Shown: positions 41,421-53,312, numbered from the whole stretch's first letter. The stretch: 63,884 nucleotides of DNA, filler included, from Octopus bimaculoides (GCF_001194135.2; 5 parts of 4 records of this genome joined end to end with filler, not necessarily neighbours in it), one strand, 5' to 3'. Program-made: numbers and translations. Notes: generated by a model not told the origin, from the letters alone.

Positions 41421-41681
41421 TGGAAAAAAAAAGGCCGATAACCAGTAGAAATGAAAACTTGCTGAATATACTTTGGAACTGTCAGTATCCTCCTTGATAT
41501 ACTGTGTATTGTTCACGTCTATTTATGTTGGATATTTTATCGCGTCTCAGTGAAAATTTCAAGTCATCGGTGAGACAAATTTATGGCGACTTTCTTCTAT
41601 TTCTTTTGTCTGCAAACGTTCAAAGGGAGCTAAGAGACAGTACAGCTTCACTGAGTATGAATGCAGCAAGTTAATTCATAT

Positions 41682-42140
41682 TTAGTTGCCAAGAAGCCCT
41701 GAGTTCTTCATCCTCAGTATATACTGACTAATGTTCAGAACCATCCTCAGCATTCTCATGTAGCACCCATCTACCATTTGAATGAGTGTTTTGGTCAGTA
41801 TCCAAGTCTCAGACACGTATAATAGCACAGACTCTACTGCAGCAGCGAAGAGACGGATCTTCAGGTCTTTATGAAGGCCCGATTCCCATACAGATCTCAA
41901 AGTGTGGCATGCCGCCCAGTGTTTGCTCTTCCTCTCAGCTATATCACCCTCTGTGTTCCCAGTCTTTGCTCCCAGATACAGGAAGTCCTCAACGACCTCT
42001 AGTGGCTTCCCGCCTACATTCATAATCTTCTCCGGCTTCTTAATGTTCTCTACCAGATACTTCGACTTAATCTCATTCATTTTCAGCCCCGCACTCATGG
42101 ACATCTCCTGCATCAACTCCTCTGCCTCCCTCACCAGCCT
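41682..42140 (-). mobile_element. RTE-type LINE RT fragment
   Basis: GLKMNEIKSK, LEVVEDFLYLG, KIRLFAAAVESVLLYVSETW, LRMVLNISQ. Confidence 0.9.
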
Positions 42141-43390
42141 TACATAATATCTATAACAGTCAGTTGTTCATAAATCGGACAAAAGACGTACACTCTAATA
42201 GTTTTTATGAACAGTAATATTTTATGTAACCGTTGTTTATGACCAAAAAGTACCCATTGGTTTCACGTCTATTGTTGCTCTTAACATGATTTGGCGACGC
42301 ATCAGGCATGCTGACCGGAGGCACATAAATTCTTTATTAATGGAGGTTAGAAGCTAGTCTTGGTCAACATGGTGGTGAAAACCCCTTTCACTGGGCATAG
42401 CTAACGATTAGATAAATATGTGTGTGTGTGTTTATCTTTCTTTGTATCTGTATTTGTCCCCCACTGACGCTTTACCACCGGTGTTGGTGAGTTTACTTCC
42501 CCGTAATCTAGCGGTTCGGTAAAAGACGCTGATAGAATAAGTACTAGGTTTACGTAAAAAAATCAGTAGTGCGGGCGATTCGTGTGACTAAAATTCTTCA
42601 AAGCAGTGCCCCAGCATGGCCGCAGTTTAATAACTGAAACAAGTAAAATAAAAGACAAAACAAAATAAAATAAATGCAAGACGTGCCGAAAATCAGAAAC
42701 TTTTAGTCAAAGTCTTTCATTTCATGGTATACAGCGAATATTCTTTTCTACTCTAGGCACAAAACCCAAAATTTTGGGGGGAGGGGGCCAGTCGATTAGA
42801 TCTACCCCAGTACGCAACTGGTACTTAATTTATCGGCCCTTAAAGGATAAAAGGCAAAGTCGACCTCGGCGGAATTTGAACTCAGAACGTAAAAACAGAT
42901 GAAATACTGCTAAGCATTTTGCTCGTCGTGATAACGCTTCTGCCAGCTCGCCGAATATTATTTTAGCAAGTTTAAAGTGATTTCTTTTGTGCCGTAAACT
43001 AGTTACCATTTCTGTAATTTCCCCTCCTTCGCTTGATGCTCTAAGCATGTTCTTATTTTGCTTAATGTTTAATCCAGCGCTGTATAAGACGGCTTTCTTT
43101 CAGAGGTGTATATTCCGAGTATTAGGTGTGCGAATTCATTATAAATATTCACCTTACTCATTAATTTAATAACAAATCTTGACGGAAAACCTTTGTCACA
43201 CCCCTGCTTGAAATTTAGTGGCATTGGATGTGGCAACACACCCAATACAACAACCACAATACGCCACTGAAATAAACCATCTGTTCCTGTTTCTCTGTAC
43301 CAAATCCACTCAAAAGTTTTTGGTTAGCCTAAGGCTATATCGAAGACACTTGCCCAGTGTCTTGCCCACACGCAGTGGGGTTGACCCCAG

Positions 43391-43831
43391 GGTACTTTTT
43401 GGTTATCTCACACCCATTAAAAAAATGGGTTATCTCCCCACTAAAAAATCGAGTTTATGTGGCGACAAGGGATTGGATTACAAGAGAGTTAGATCCTTTT
43501 GCTTCAATACTTCAACAGATTGTTGACGTTTGGCCTCCTCGATAGACACGGTATGATTTGTTATAAAAATGTTGCCCCAGCATGGTCACAGCTCATGAGC
43601 TGAAACTTGATAAAATGAAAATGAAATGAGATTCAATAAGATGCTTAATCTTTTCAGCTTTCCTTTTTATTTATTTTTGTTTCCCGTTTTCATGTTTATT
43701 AATCTTTTCATTCTTTTCTTTCTTTTATTGAGGGTTAAACAATTTTTTTTAGTTGGGGGAGATAACCAAAAGTACCTAAACGGGGGAGATAACCCAACTT
43801 TTTAATGGCGGTGAGATAACCAAAAAGTACC
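43391..43831. mobile_element. Non-autonomous DNA transposon with ~50-bp TIRs and 8-bp TSD (GACCCCAG)
   Basis: GGTACTTTTTGGTTATCTCAC... / ...GTGAGATAACCAAAAAGTACC; TSD at 43383-43390 and 43832-43839; inserted in a SINE. Confidence 0.88.
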
Positions 43832-44169
43832 GACCCCAGAACCATGTGGTTGGGAAGTAAACTTCTTAATCACACTGCCACACCCGTAACAAACATCTTA
43901 ATCACACTGCCACACCTGTAACAAACTTCTTAATCACACTGCCACACCTGTAACAATACAATGTTACTCAGAAGTGGTTTTGATTTATCATTTCAAACCT
44001 CATAACTTTCCTCGTTCTCACAGTTTCCTTGTCAGACTGGCACCGTCATTCTGTATGGATGTTGTGAGTCTATGTATATGTCTGTCTGTGTGAGCGTACC
44101 CAAGAGAACGAGCGAGCTAGAGAAAGACAGACAAAAATATAGACAGATAGATAGGTAGATAGACAGATT

Positions 44170-44270
<101 letters not shown>

Positions 44271-45702
44271 TGTGTGTATATGAGTGTAATGAAAACTATC
44301 TCAGGCATGAGGGAATGTGTTCACATATATCGACAAAAAAGTAGGCTTGATAGACAAATATGATACACAGGTAGATACAGAGGCTAACTAAATTGATCGA
44401 TAAATAAATTGTTAAATGAAAAGATAGACAGATAGGTGTGGCAAAGTTAGAATATGTAGCATAAAGAGCTATGGTGAAACATATTTTGATGAATGCTTTG
44501 TATACATTAAGTAGGGCCAAGTTAGCAGCATAGCAGGCAAGCAGGTGGGTAAATAGGTAGATAAGTATGCATGTAGGTGGCTAGATCAAGTAGTATGTTT
44601 GGTAATGGAGAGGTAGGTGAGGGCTTATAATATGTATGTAGAATGTGATATGTGGCTAGCAACAGGCAGTGGTGACAAACAGATATAAATCGACAAGTAA
44701 AGAAAGAGGGACTTAGACAGATTGATTAGTGTAGAGACAGTGAATAAAACATCCCGCATATACTTAACTGTACAGAGAAAAATATGTGAAGAGGGAAGAA
44801 AAGAATGAGACGGAGAGATGAAGGGGAGAAGAGCGTGTAAGAGGTGGAAGTAGTTAAAAAGGAAGTAGTAAAAGGAGAGGGATAGAACGAAAGGGACGGA
44901 GAGAAAGAAAGAAAGAGTGAGAGAGAATGAGAAAGAGAGTAAGGGAAATGGAATAACATGTTTTATCATGTTTCATATCATTACAAAATCTCTAAGTAGG
45001 ACATGTTTTGCCAAGCAAAGAAATTAAATAAATTGATAAATAAAAGAATAAATAAAATAAATAAATAAGCAAAACAAAGTTCTAAAGCTGGAAAATTCGA
45101 ACCTCTGTCTAAACAATTGAAAATACTAACCAGTTAGATGTGTATAGCCATACATACATACATACATACATACACACATACATATATACATATATACATA
45201 CATACATACACACATACATACATACATGATGGCTGCCCCCTCGTTATCGAGTATGGCCATTGCACGAAGCTTAACTTAATGGTGCTGTGATCATACATAC
45301 ATGCATACATACATACATACATTATATAAACACCAATATAACTGAGAAGCCAGACAAGAAACGATTTTTAAGAGAGACAAAATGGCTATAATCACTTATT
45401 TTTTAGCATTGATACGGCCAAATCCTCTTATGCTGGGGTTTTACGAGCCGCACCCAAGCTTTTGGCATGTTACTGCATTTTATTTTTTTTTCCTTTCTCC
45501 ATTGTTGTTGTTGGTTATTACAATAAAAGTTAAATATTTTTCATCCGCTCAGTACTCGTTCTACTACTTTAATATACTTGTGAAAAACAGTCAAATATTC
45601 TCTTTTTAGAATTTTAGTGCTGCTTCGATACACAGACACACTAACTTCCCACGCCGTTGCACTTACATTTCACACTGGTGCACGCTCATACACATGCTAC
45701 TG

Positions 45703-45771
<69 letters not shown>

Positions 45772-45862
45772 GCTAGCTAGCTAGCTCTATCTACACCGGA
45801 GTAAGAATATAAATGTGAAACAAGGTGGAAAAAAGAGTACTCAAATACCAGAGGTAGAGTAA

Positions 45863-45997
45863 TATACTTTATTTAAAAGCAGCAGAAATATAACAAAAGC
45901 TGTTACTTAGAGTTTCACGTTCCCGTTCGTCGGACAGGAACGTGAAACTCTGAGTAACAGCTTTTGTTATATTTCTGCTGCTTTTAAATAAAGTATA
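45863..45997. repeat. Inverted repeat with 61-bp arms and 13-nt spacer
   Basis: One mismatch. Confidence 0.95.
45900..45937 (-). ncRNA. Minimal hammerhead motif (U4C) in a near-perfect fold-back
   Basis: CUGU-CCGACGA-AC(GGGAAC)GU-GAAA-C-UCUAA-GUA-ACAG. Confidence 0.6.
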
Positions 45998-46058
45998 CCT
46001 ATCTCTATCCAAGAATCTGTCTGTCTTTGTCTGTCAGTCTGTCTTTCCACCTCCTCTC

Positions 46059-46097
<39 letters not shown>

Positions 46098-48652
46098 NNN
46101 NNNNNNNNNNNNNNNNNNNNNNNNNNNNNNNNNNNNNNNNNTTAATTAATTAANNNNNNNNNNNNNNNNNNNNNNNNNNNNNNNNNNNNNNNNNNNNACA
46201 GACACAAGTACTTGATGTTTATAAAAGGCTGACAAGAGAAATGAAGTGAAACAACTGGGAATGAAAGGCTGCATTATTTACTTCATTCTGCGAAATGTCA
46301 TTTCTTCTAGTCTACCACATTAAAGAGACTGACAGAGAACCACAGTAGAAACTATAACTAACATTTCCTCAAAGACAATGAAATTTGTTCTGGCCACAGA
46401 ATTTACACCAAAATCAATTTTGCTTTCGATTTTCTAAAGGTTGATAAAATATAACATCATTCCTCTACAACAGACTGGAAGAATTTCAAAGTGTTAGATG
46501 AGATGCTTTNNNNNNNNNNCCTCTACAACAGACTGGAAGAATTTCAAAGTGTTAGATGAGATGCTTTGTGAGATTTATTAATGCTCTTTGCATTCTGATT
46601 TCTTAGATGAAGTGGTTTAACACCACCATCATCTGGTTCTGGGATTTCTNNNNNNNNNNNNNNNNNNNNNNNNNNNNNNNNNNNNNNNNNNNNNNNNNNN
46701 NNNNNNNNNNNNNNNNNNNNNNNNNNNNNNNNNNNNNNNNNNNNNNNNNACACACATTCGCAGGAGAAAATATGTTTTTATCAGTGCGGGGTAATGACTA
46801 GTAGCAATGTCTTGTGGTATTTAGTTGTGATTGAATTATCTTCCCCTTATAACAAATATTACATTTGCATTTTCTATCTTGTAGGATCCTTAAATTAAGA
46901 AGCAGACAAAATCCTGGGGTCAGTATAATCCCCTAAAAACACACTTAAAAGGGATGCTTCAGCACGGTCGTAATCCATTGGCAGAATCCAGTAAATGAAA
47001 GAAAAGAAAGAAATGTAACATCACATTTTTCTCAAATATATCCAACATTTTGAACAGGCCTAATCAAGCAGACCTGTGAACAAAGGCATGCCAGATGCGA
47101 TATTCCCATTTTGTATGGCTATCTATATTATGCTAATATGTGCTTTTGTAATTCTTTTAAGATGGTAGAGTGTGATTTGAGGAAATCTTGTCTACAGCAT
47201 CTTGCACGTTGCGGAAGTATGTATGAGTTTCTCAACACTTCAAACGTTAATAAAGCAATAGTGGCCATGTATTGTCACAACCAGCATGCTTGACTAGATA
47301 AAAAGAGAATAACGACATTCACAGCAATCTCAACTACGGGGATATTTTGCTTCAAATTGTAGCAGCTTACGATGGAGAGTTTACTTCAATTCCTAGCAAC
47401 TTCAGAGAGAGTATAGTGGCAAATGGATCCACTATGCTCTCTTTGACGAGAGGTGTAACAGTAAAATCTCCCACAAATCACTTTACATTCTTAAGAAATA
47501 ACGAAAAAAGCNNNNNNNNNNNNNNNNNNNNNNNNNNNNNNNNNNNNNNNNNNNNNNNNNNNNNNNNNNNNNNNNNNNNNNNNNNNNNNNNNNNNNNNNN
47601 NNNNNNNNNNNNNNNNNNNNNNNNNNNNNNNNNNNNNNNNNNNNNNNNNNNNNNNNNNNNNNNNNNNNNNNNNNNNNNNNNNNNNNNNNNNNNNNNNNNN
47701 NNNNNNNNNNNNNNNNNNNNNNNNNNNNNNNNNNNNNNNNNNNNNNNNNNNNNNNNNNNNNNNNNNNNNNNNNNNNNNNNNNNNNNNNNNNNNNNNNNNN
47801 NNNNNNNNNNNNNNNNNNNNNNNNNNNNNCAGCACGGTCGTAATCCATTGGCAGAATCCAGTAAATGAAAGAAAAGAAAGAAATGTAACATCACATTTTT
47901 CTCAAATATATCCAACATTTTGAACAGGCCTAATCAAGCAGACCTGTGAACAAAGGCATGCCAGATGCGATATTCCCATTTTGTATGGCTATCTATATTA
48001 TGCTAATATGTGCTTTTGTAATTCTTTTAAGATGGTAGAGTGTGATTTGAGGAAATCTTGTCTACAGCATCTTGCACGTTGCGGAAGTATGTATGAGTTT
48101 CTCAACACTTCAAACGTTAATAAAGCAATAGTGGCCATGTATTGTCACAACCAGCATGCTTGACTAGATAAAAAGAGAATAACGACATTCACAGCAATCT
48201 CAACTACGGGGATATTTTGCTTCAAATTGTAGCAGCTTACGATGGAGAGTTTACTTCAATTCCTAGCAACTTCAGAGAGAGTATAGTGGCAAATGGATCC
48301 ACTATGCTCTCTTTGACGAGAGGTGTAACAGTAAAATCTCCCACAAATCACTTTACATTCTTAAGAAATAACGAAAAAAGCCACGCATTAGACAGTGTAG
48401 TCGTAGATATAAATAAAAAAAGATGGAATGGTCATTACTAGGAAACCTAGACATAGTTGAACGCGGATGATCTGTGTTTAAACAAACGCAACTCCCAACA
48501 AACTGAACAAAATATAACAATTACGATGCTGAACAGAGATAAGTACACCACCACCACCACCACCACTACTGTTACTGCTGCTGCTGCTGATGATGATGGA
48601 GCTAAGACTACTACTGCTACTGCTGCTATTACTATAGTAAACGAATACTTAC

Positions 48653-48727
48653 AATGGGTCAAAGGAATGTACTTCACAGCCAAAGATTTTTTGGATCTCA
48701 TTGTCAAAACTTGAGTCACCACCAATC
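48653..48727 (-). CDS. METTL24-like: Exon of METTL24/Methyltransf_22-like methyltransferase (motif I region)
   Basis: Acceptor ctttctttatttcaacag, donor TT|gtaagt, 75 nt, phase 2-2. Translates IGGDSSFDNEIQKIFGCEVHSFDP, the family signature GIGxDxSFD...GCEVHSFDP. Confidence 0.92.
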
Positions 48728-49583
48728 CTGTTGAAATAAAGAAAGTCAGATACATATATATGTGTGTGTGTGTGAGAGTTGTGTGCATGTGTATGTGTGC
48801 ATGTGAGAGAGAGAAAGAACGAGAAACAGAGAGAAAGAGAGATGGTGTCTCTGTCTTGGCCGTGCATGATCGTCGTAAACGAATATCACTGTCACAAGTG
48901 CGACTTTTCATTTTCGTTCTTCTGTGAAGAACTTCTTGGCCACGGGGCAATAGTACCTTACTGGAAAACAGCTAAGGACATCTGGCTGAGAAAATCTGCC
49001 TCAACGAATTCTGTCCGACACATGAATGTATGGCGACGTAGATGTTCTAAACATGAAGATGATTATGATGAAGCTGATGATATATATAAGTACATATGCA
49101 TATACACCAGGCTTCTCTTAGGTTCAATCTACCAAATCAACTTACAAAACTTTCGCCCGTCTGGCGTTATAGGATGAGAAACTGGTCTTAAGTGCCGCAA
49201 AGTGCAACTGAACATGAAGGTGATAAAACAAATTTCTTAACCTTATATCCTCGAACGTGTCCATATATGTGTATGTGTTTCTTTGTAGACACATNNNNNN
49301 NNNNNNNNNNNNNNNNNNNNNNNNNNNNNNNNNNNNNNNNNNNNNNNNNNNNNNNNNNNNNNNNNNNNNNNNNNNNNNNNNNNNNNNNNNNNNNNNNNNN
49401 NNNNNNNNNNNNNNNNNNNNNNNNNNNNNNNNNNNNNNNNNNNNNNNNNNNNNNNNNNNNNNNNNNNNNNNNNNNNNNNNNNNNNNNNNNNNNNNNNNNN
49501 NNNNNNNNNNNNNNNNNNNNNNNNNNNNNNNNNNNNNNNNNNNNNNNNNNNNNNNNNNNNNNNNNNNNNNNNNNNNNNNNNNN

Positions 49584-49995
49584 GGTGGTGGTTGTCTACT
49601 CCTTACACAGAGTTTTACCACCTCCTGCACCTACACCTTAGCCCCTTCATGGCGTCTGATGTGGCTTTTTAAATTAGACAATGTTTTGAAAAAACATCCA
49701 CACAGATTGCACCTCTGATTTGTACTACCATTACCTGCAAGTAAGTTCTGCTCATTGTGGATCCTAACATGTCTTTTATGACCCCCATTGGATTTGCAAG
49801 CCCTCTGGCACACACCACATTCAAACGTGTGCACAGACATATAGTCAGAATAGCTGATTGAGGTTTGTTTTCCATGGGCTCGCAGGTGAGATTTGAGGCC
49901 AGCCAAAGACAGGTATGGTCTGTCACAGACTGTGCACAAAAAAAGGTCCTTGTAATTCACCTTCTCGATCATTACATTCTTCCTTAAATATCTCT
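49584..49995 (-). mobile_element. LINE (RTE-like) 3' end encoding three C2H2 zinc fingers
   Basis: CTVCDRPYLSLAGLKSHLRAH, CGVCQRACKSNGGHKRHVRIH, CNLCGCFFKTLSNLKSHIRRH. No TGEKP linkers, no start or acceptor, short tail ending in (CCA)n. Confidence 0.75.
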
Positions 49996-50016
49996 TGATA
50001 TGCATACATACATACA

Positions 50017-50066
<50 letters not shown>

Positions 50067-50819
50067 CATATATCACACACACACGTGTAGCCCTCACTGT
50101 TTCATTTACTGTCTTGTTCTCACTGTTATGTTCTTGTTAACACTTTCAGCCTCCGCAAAAAATTCCAAATTTGCTTTGCTGGAAGGACTGTTCCAACAAA
50201 GTCGCGTATTGTCCTTGCCTTCGAAACGCGAAGTAGATGGAACAGGGACAACTGACGAAGGGTTATACACTTTATGTTGCATGTCTCGTTTCTCTGTTTG
50301 GTTTTTTTTCGTTGTTCGAAAAAAGTTCCTTTTCTGTTTTCGTTTTTATATTTTCGTTTCTCATTGTGTTTAACGATTTTTTGTGATGTCCTGTACCCAT
50401 ATATGCATGTATGTATACATATAGATGTAGGTATGTACATATATGTATGGATATATGCATATATTTATATATTATTTATATTATATATATATATATATAT
50501 ATACATACGTATATCACAGACATATAGGAAATATATATATACACGAACGCGTGTACAAACATATTTGGTTGACGTTACATGTATTATTTAATAACAGTTT
50601 TACTCAACTCCATAAAACTTAGTTTCGTACGACGTACAACGCAGCTACATCGATACGTATCTGGAGGTCGAAAAACAAGACGCGACAGACTCATAATGGT
50701 TTCGAGATATTAGGCCTGTATTTATAAACTCAGGTCACCTAACAGTATTGTTCAGGATACGACAATCTCTGAATTGTACGTGATGCATTCAACAATTCCA
50801 GATTAGACTCATTAACACC

Positions 50820-51040
50820 CGAGGAAAAAGTATCCGGACTGTTGCCATAGTAACGAAGCTAAAGCACGTAGAATAAAGCCGCTTGCCACAGATTGATCGT
50901 GTAGTCTGCTGTGCATGCGCACTAAATTTTAACGTTCTAGCTTACTTTCGCTGTTTACAGCAGTGGTTGGAAAGGTGTGCAACGTGATTGTCTCATTGAC
51001 CATAACGGACTAAATTCTGCATCAAAATTTGCAATTTGAG
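50820..51040 (+). mobile_element. Mariner 5' end fragment
   Basis: AAAAAGTATCCGGACT TIR-like start, followed by a CIKIC (CIKFC-like) motif. Confidence 0.5.
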
Positions 51041-51590
51041 AAAAGCTTGGCGAAAGAAGTAAGGAGGCATCATATGTCTTTCATTGATGACAACCACTAA
51101 AACCATTACAGTTGTAGGAAATATTGTATGTATAACACTTGGAGATTCAGAAGGATCTGCACATAGCCATCTGTCATTTCTTCTGTTAACTTTTTGATCT
51201 TGGTCGATTTTTTTTCAACTTCATGAACTTCTTAGAATGGTAATCAATGGTCTGTTGAACTTACTCGACAAATTCAGGTGTTCTAATAATTACAAAGCAT
51301 TTAGAATGCTTTTTATGCTTTAATACTAGTGATACATTTCCGTCTTCAGTCTCTAGCTCCTTAAAAGTTTATAGACAAAAAATCTGATAATTTTTAAACT
51401 TCGCGATATTTCTAAATCGCTATGTCCAGCTTTTTATAACCACAATAACAGAATGCCTCTTCATTTCTTGAGTAAGCTGAGGGTCTACCATTATAATTTT
51501 CTGAAACAAAGATTATACGGAGTTAACAAAACATGCGGCAATGACCCCCAAATAAATATGTCCACAAATAACTTACGCACCATATATATA
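51040..51590 (-). mobile_element. maT/Bmmar1-like (DD37D) transposase remnant
   Basis: KRHSVIVVIKAGHS, IRTPEFV, NRRNDRWLC.DPSE, FPTTVMV, NERHMMPPYFF. Confidence 0.7.
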
Positions 51591-51703
51591 TATACAGCTG
51601 AATTACGTACTTAAGTTGAAGCACCAAGTCAGAGCGGTGTTTTCCGTACAACTTAAAATAAAGTGAATAAAATCAAAATAAGCAACAGGATATCAAGATG
51701 TGA

Positions 51704-51789
51704 TGCAGTACGACCGTTTCAAGCGGCTCCATTTAATTGAATAATGCAATCATTACAGGAATTTAAATGCAGGGCTATCCTCGGCTGCA
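51704..51789 (-). ncRNA. Hammerhead motif with long stem II (U4C), left arm of the large fold-back
   Basis: UGCAG-CCGAGGA-UAGC...GCUU-GAAA-C-GGUC-GUA-CUGCA. Confidence 0.55.
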
Positions 51790-53019
51790 TTAATCTGTTG
51801 GACACATTAATATAATTTTACTCAAATTCTCTAATTGAGCAAGAAGAGGGGAGGACTCCATGTTGCTACTAATGTAGTTAAGAATATACTACACATCGAA
51901 GAACTGTATGAAGTTTGTTAGGGTCATAACTTGTAAAGNNNNNNNNNNNNNNNNNNNNNNNNNNNNNNNNNNNNNNNNNNNNNNNNNNNNNNNNNNNNNN
52001 NNNNNNNNNNNNNNNNNNNNNNNNNNNNNNNNNNNNNNNNNNNNNNNNNNNNNNNNNNNNNNNNNNNNNNNNNNNNNNNNNNNNNNNNNNNNNNNNNNNN
52101 NNNNNNNNNNNNNNNNNNNNNNNTGAGTTGACAGTTTATAGTTGGGTATGGTCATAAATATTGTCAGGATCTTAGGATTTGTATAAGTAATTGTCTATCA
52201 AAGAAGCTAGGTAGAGGAAGACCCCAAATCAAGATGTGAATTACCAGTTAAAAGGGCGAGACGTTAATAAAAGCTATGATGTTAATACAGAGGAAATTAT
52301 CACGGGGTACTATGGATGATTGTATATAAACAATATTGTTATGTTGTATAAAGATAAAATTTAATATTACTAAAAATGATATTATAACCATATTTAACTA
52401 TGTGCGCACAGAGTTCAATAGGTATATGTATCTGTGCACAACTTATTTTTACTGATTTTCTTCTGATTCTTAGCTTATAATTAATATAAAGATAATATGA
52501 TTTATCGCCCCAGTATTCCATAAGAAAATACCCAGAGCAATCTTTATAGAAACCACCTAATAAGTAAATAATTAAGTACAGGAATGAATATTAAATTATT
52601 TCTATGTAATCTTCCCTTTCTAATTATGAAAATTAGTATATATACACGTTTTATCCATTCAGGTTATGATATCATGTTTAGTAATCTTAAATTTTATCTT
52701 TATACAACATAACAATATTGTTTATATACAATCATCCATAGTACCCCATGATAATTTCCTCTGTATTAACATCATAGGTTTTATTAGTGTTCTCTTGCCT
52801 TAGATTTAGTAGTTGATAAAAAAAAGACTAATAAATTAAAAATGAACCACAATCCTTTACAAACTATGACCCTAACAAACTTCATACAGTTCTTAGAAGT
52901 GCAGTATATTCTTAACTACGTTAGTAGCAACATGGGCTCGTTCCCTCTTGTTGCTCTATTAGAAGAATTGAGTAAAATTATATTAATGTATCCAACCGAT
53001 TAAGAAGTCTATTTATTTA

Positions 53020-53103
53020 TGCAGCTGAGGATAGCCCTGCATTTAAACTGATGTAATGATTGCATTATTCAATTAAATGGAGCCGCTTGAATCGGATGTA
53101 CTA
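53020..53103 (+). ncRNA. Decayed hammerhead motif, right arm of the large fold-back
   Basis: UGCAG-CUGAGGA-UAGC...GCUU-GAAUC: core 1 intact, core 2 mutated. Confidence 0.45.
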
Positions 53104-53115
53104 TATAACCTCTTC

Positions 53116-53153
<38 letters not shown>

Positions 53154-53183
53154 GTATAGACACATATGTGTGTGAGTACATAC

Positions 53184-53312
53184 CCAAATGAGTATACCAA
53201 GCAAGGCTTCATGGGATAATATTCATTATCCAAACAAACATACCATCCTCCGTCTCCACGAGAACCAATGCGCACTATCTTGTTTCACTTCACCTGAGTT
53301 TGGTTCATAAAT
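53184..53312 (-). CDS. METTL24-like: Exon of METTL24/Methyltransf_22-like SAM methyltransferase, with in-frame TGA at 53285-53287
   Basis: Acceptor tattgcag, donor GG|gtatgt, 129 nt, phase 2-2. Translates FMNQTQVK*NKIVRIGSRGDGGWYVCLDNEYYPMKPCLVYSFG, matching the family motifs RxGxxxDGGWxVC and CLVYSFG. Splices in frame to the 48727 exon (GG+G = Gly). Confidence 0.9.

Larger units (their letters stand above)
51700..53105. repeat. Large imperfect fold-back with nested inverted arms
   Basis: 51700-51938 is inverted to ~52855-53105, and ~52280-52390 is inverted to ~52660-52790. Confidence 0.85.

Noticed and set aside
46590-46630. CAGAUGA-GGUGG...CCAC hammerhead-like start (also ~53720-53760)
   Set aside because: No GAAA core or stem III follows.
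46960-48381. 552-bp direct duplication (46960-47511 = 47830-48381), and the short one around 46471-46567
   Set aside because: The copies appear identical and flank an N gap: unmerged contig overlap, not biology.
48355-48446. Possible next METTL24 exon (FPSNDHSIFFY...)
   Set aside because: Weak acceptor, early stop and no conserved downstream motifs. The true downstream exons (FH..GL, IDILKxDIE) were not found and may lie in gaps or outside the window.
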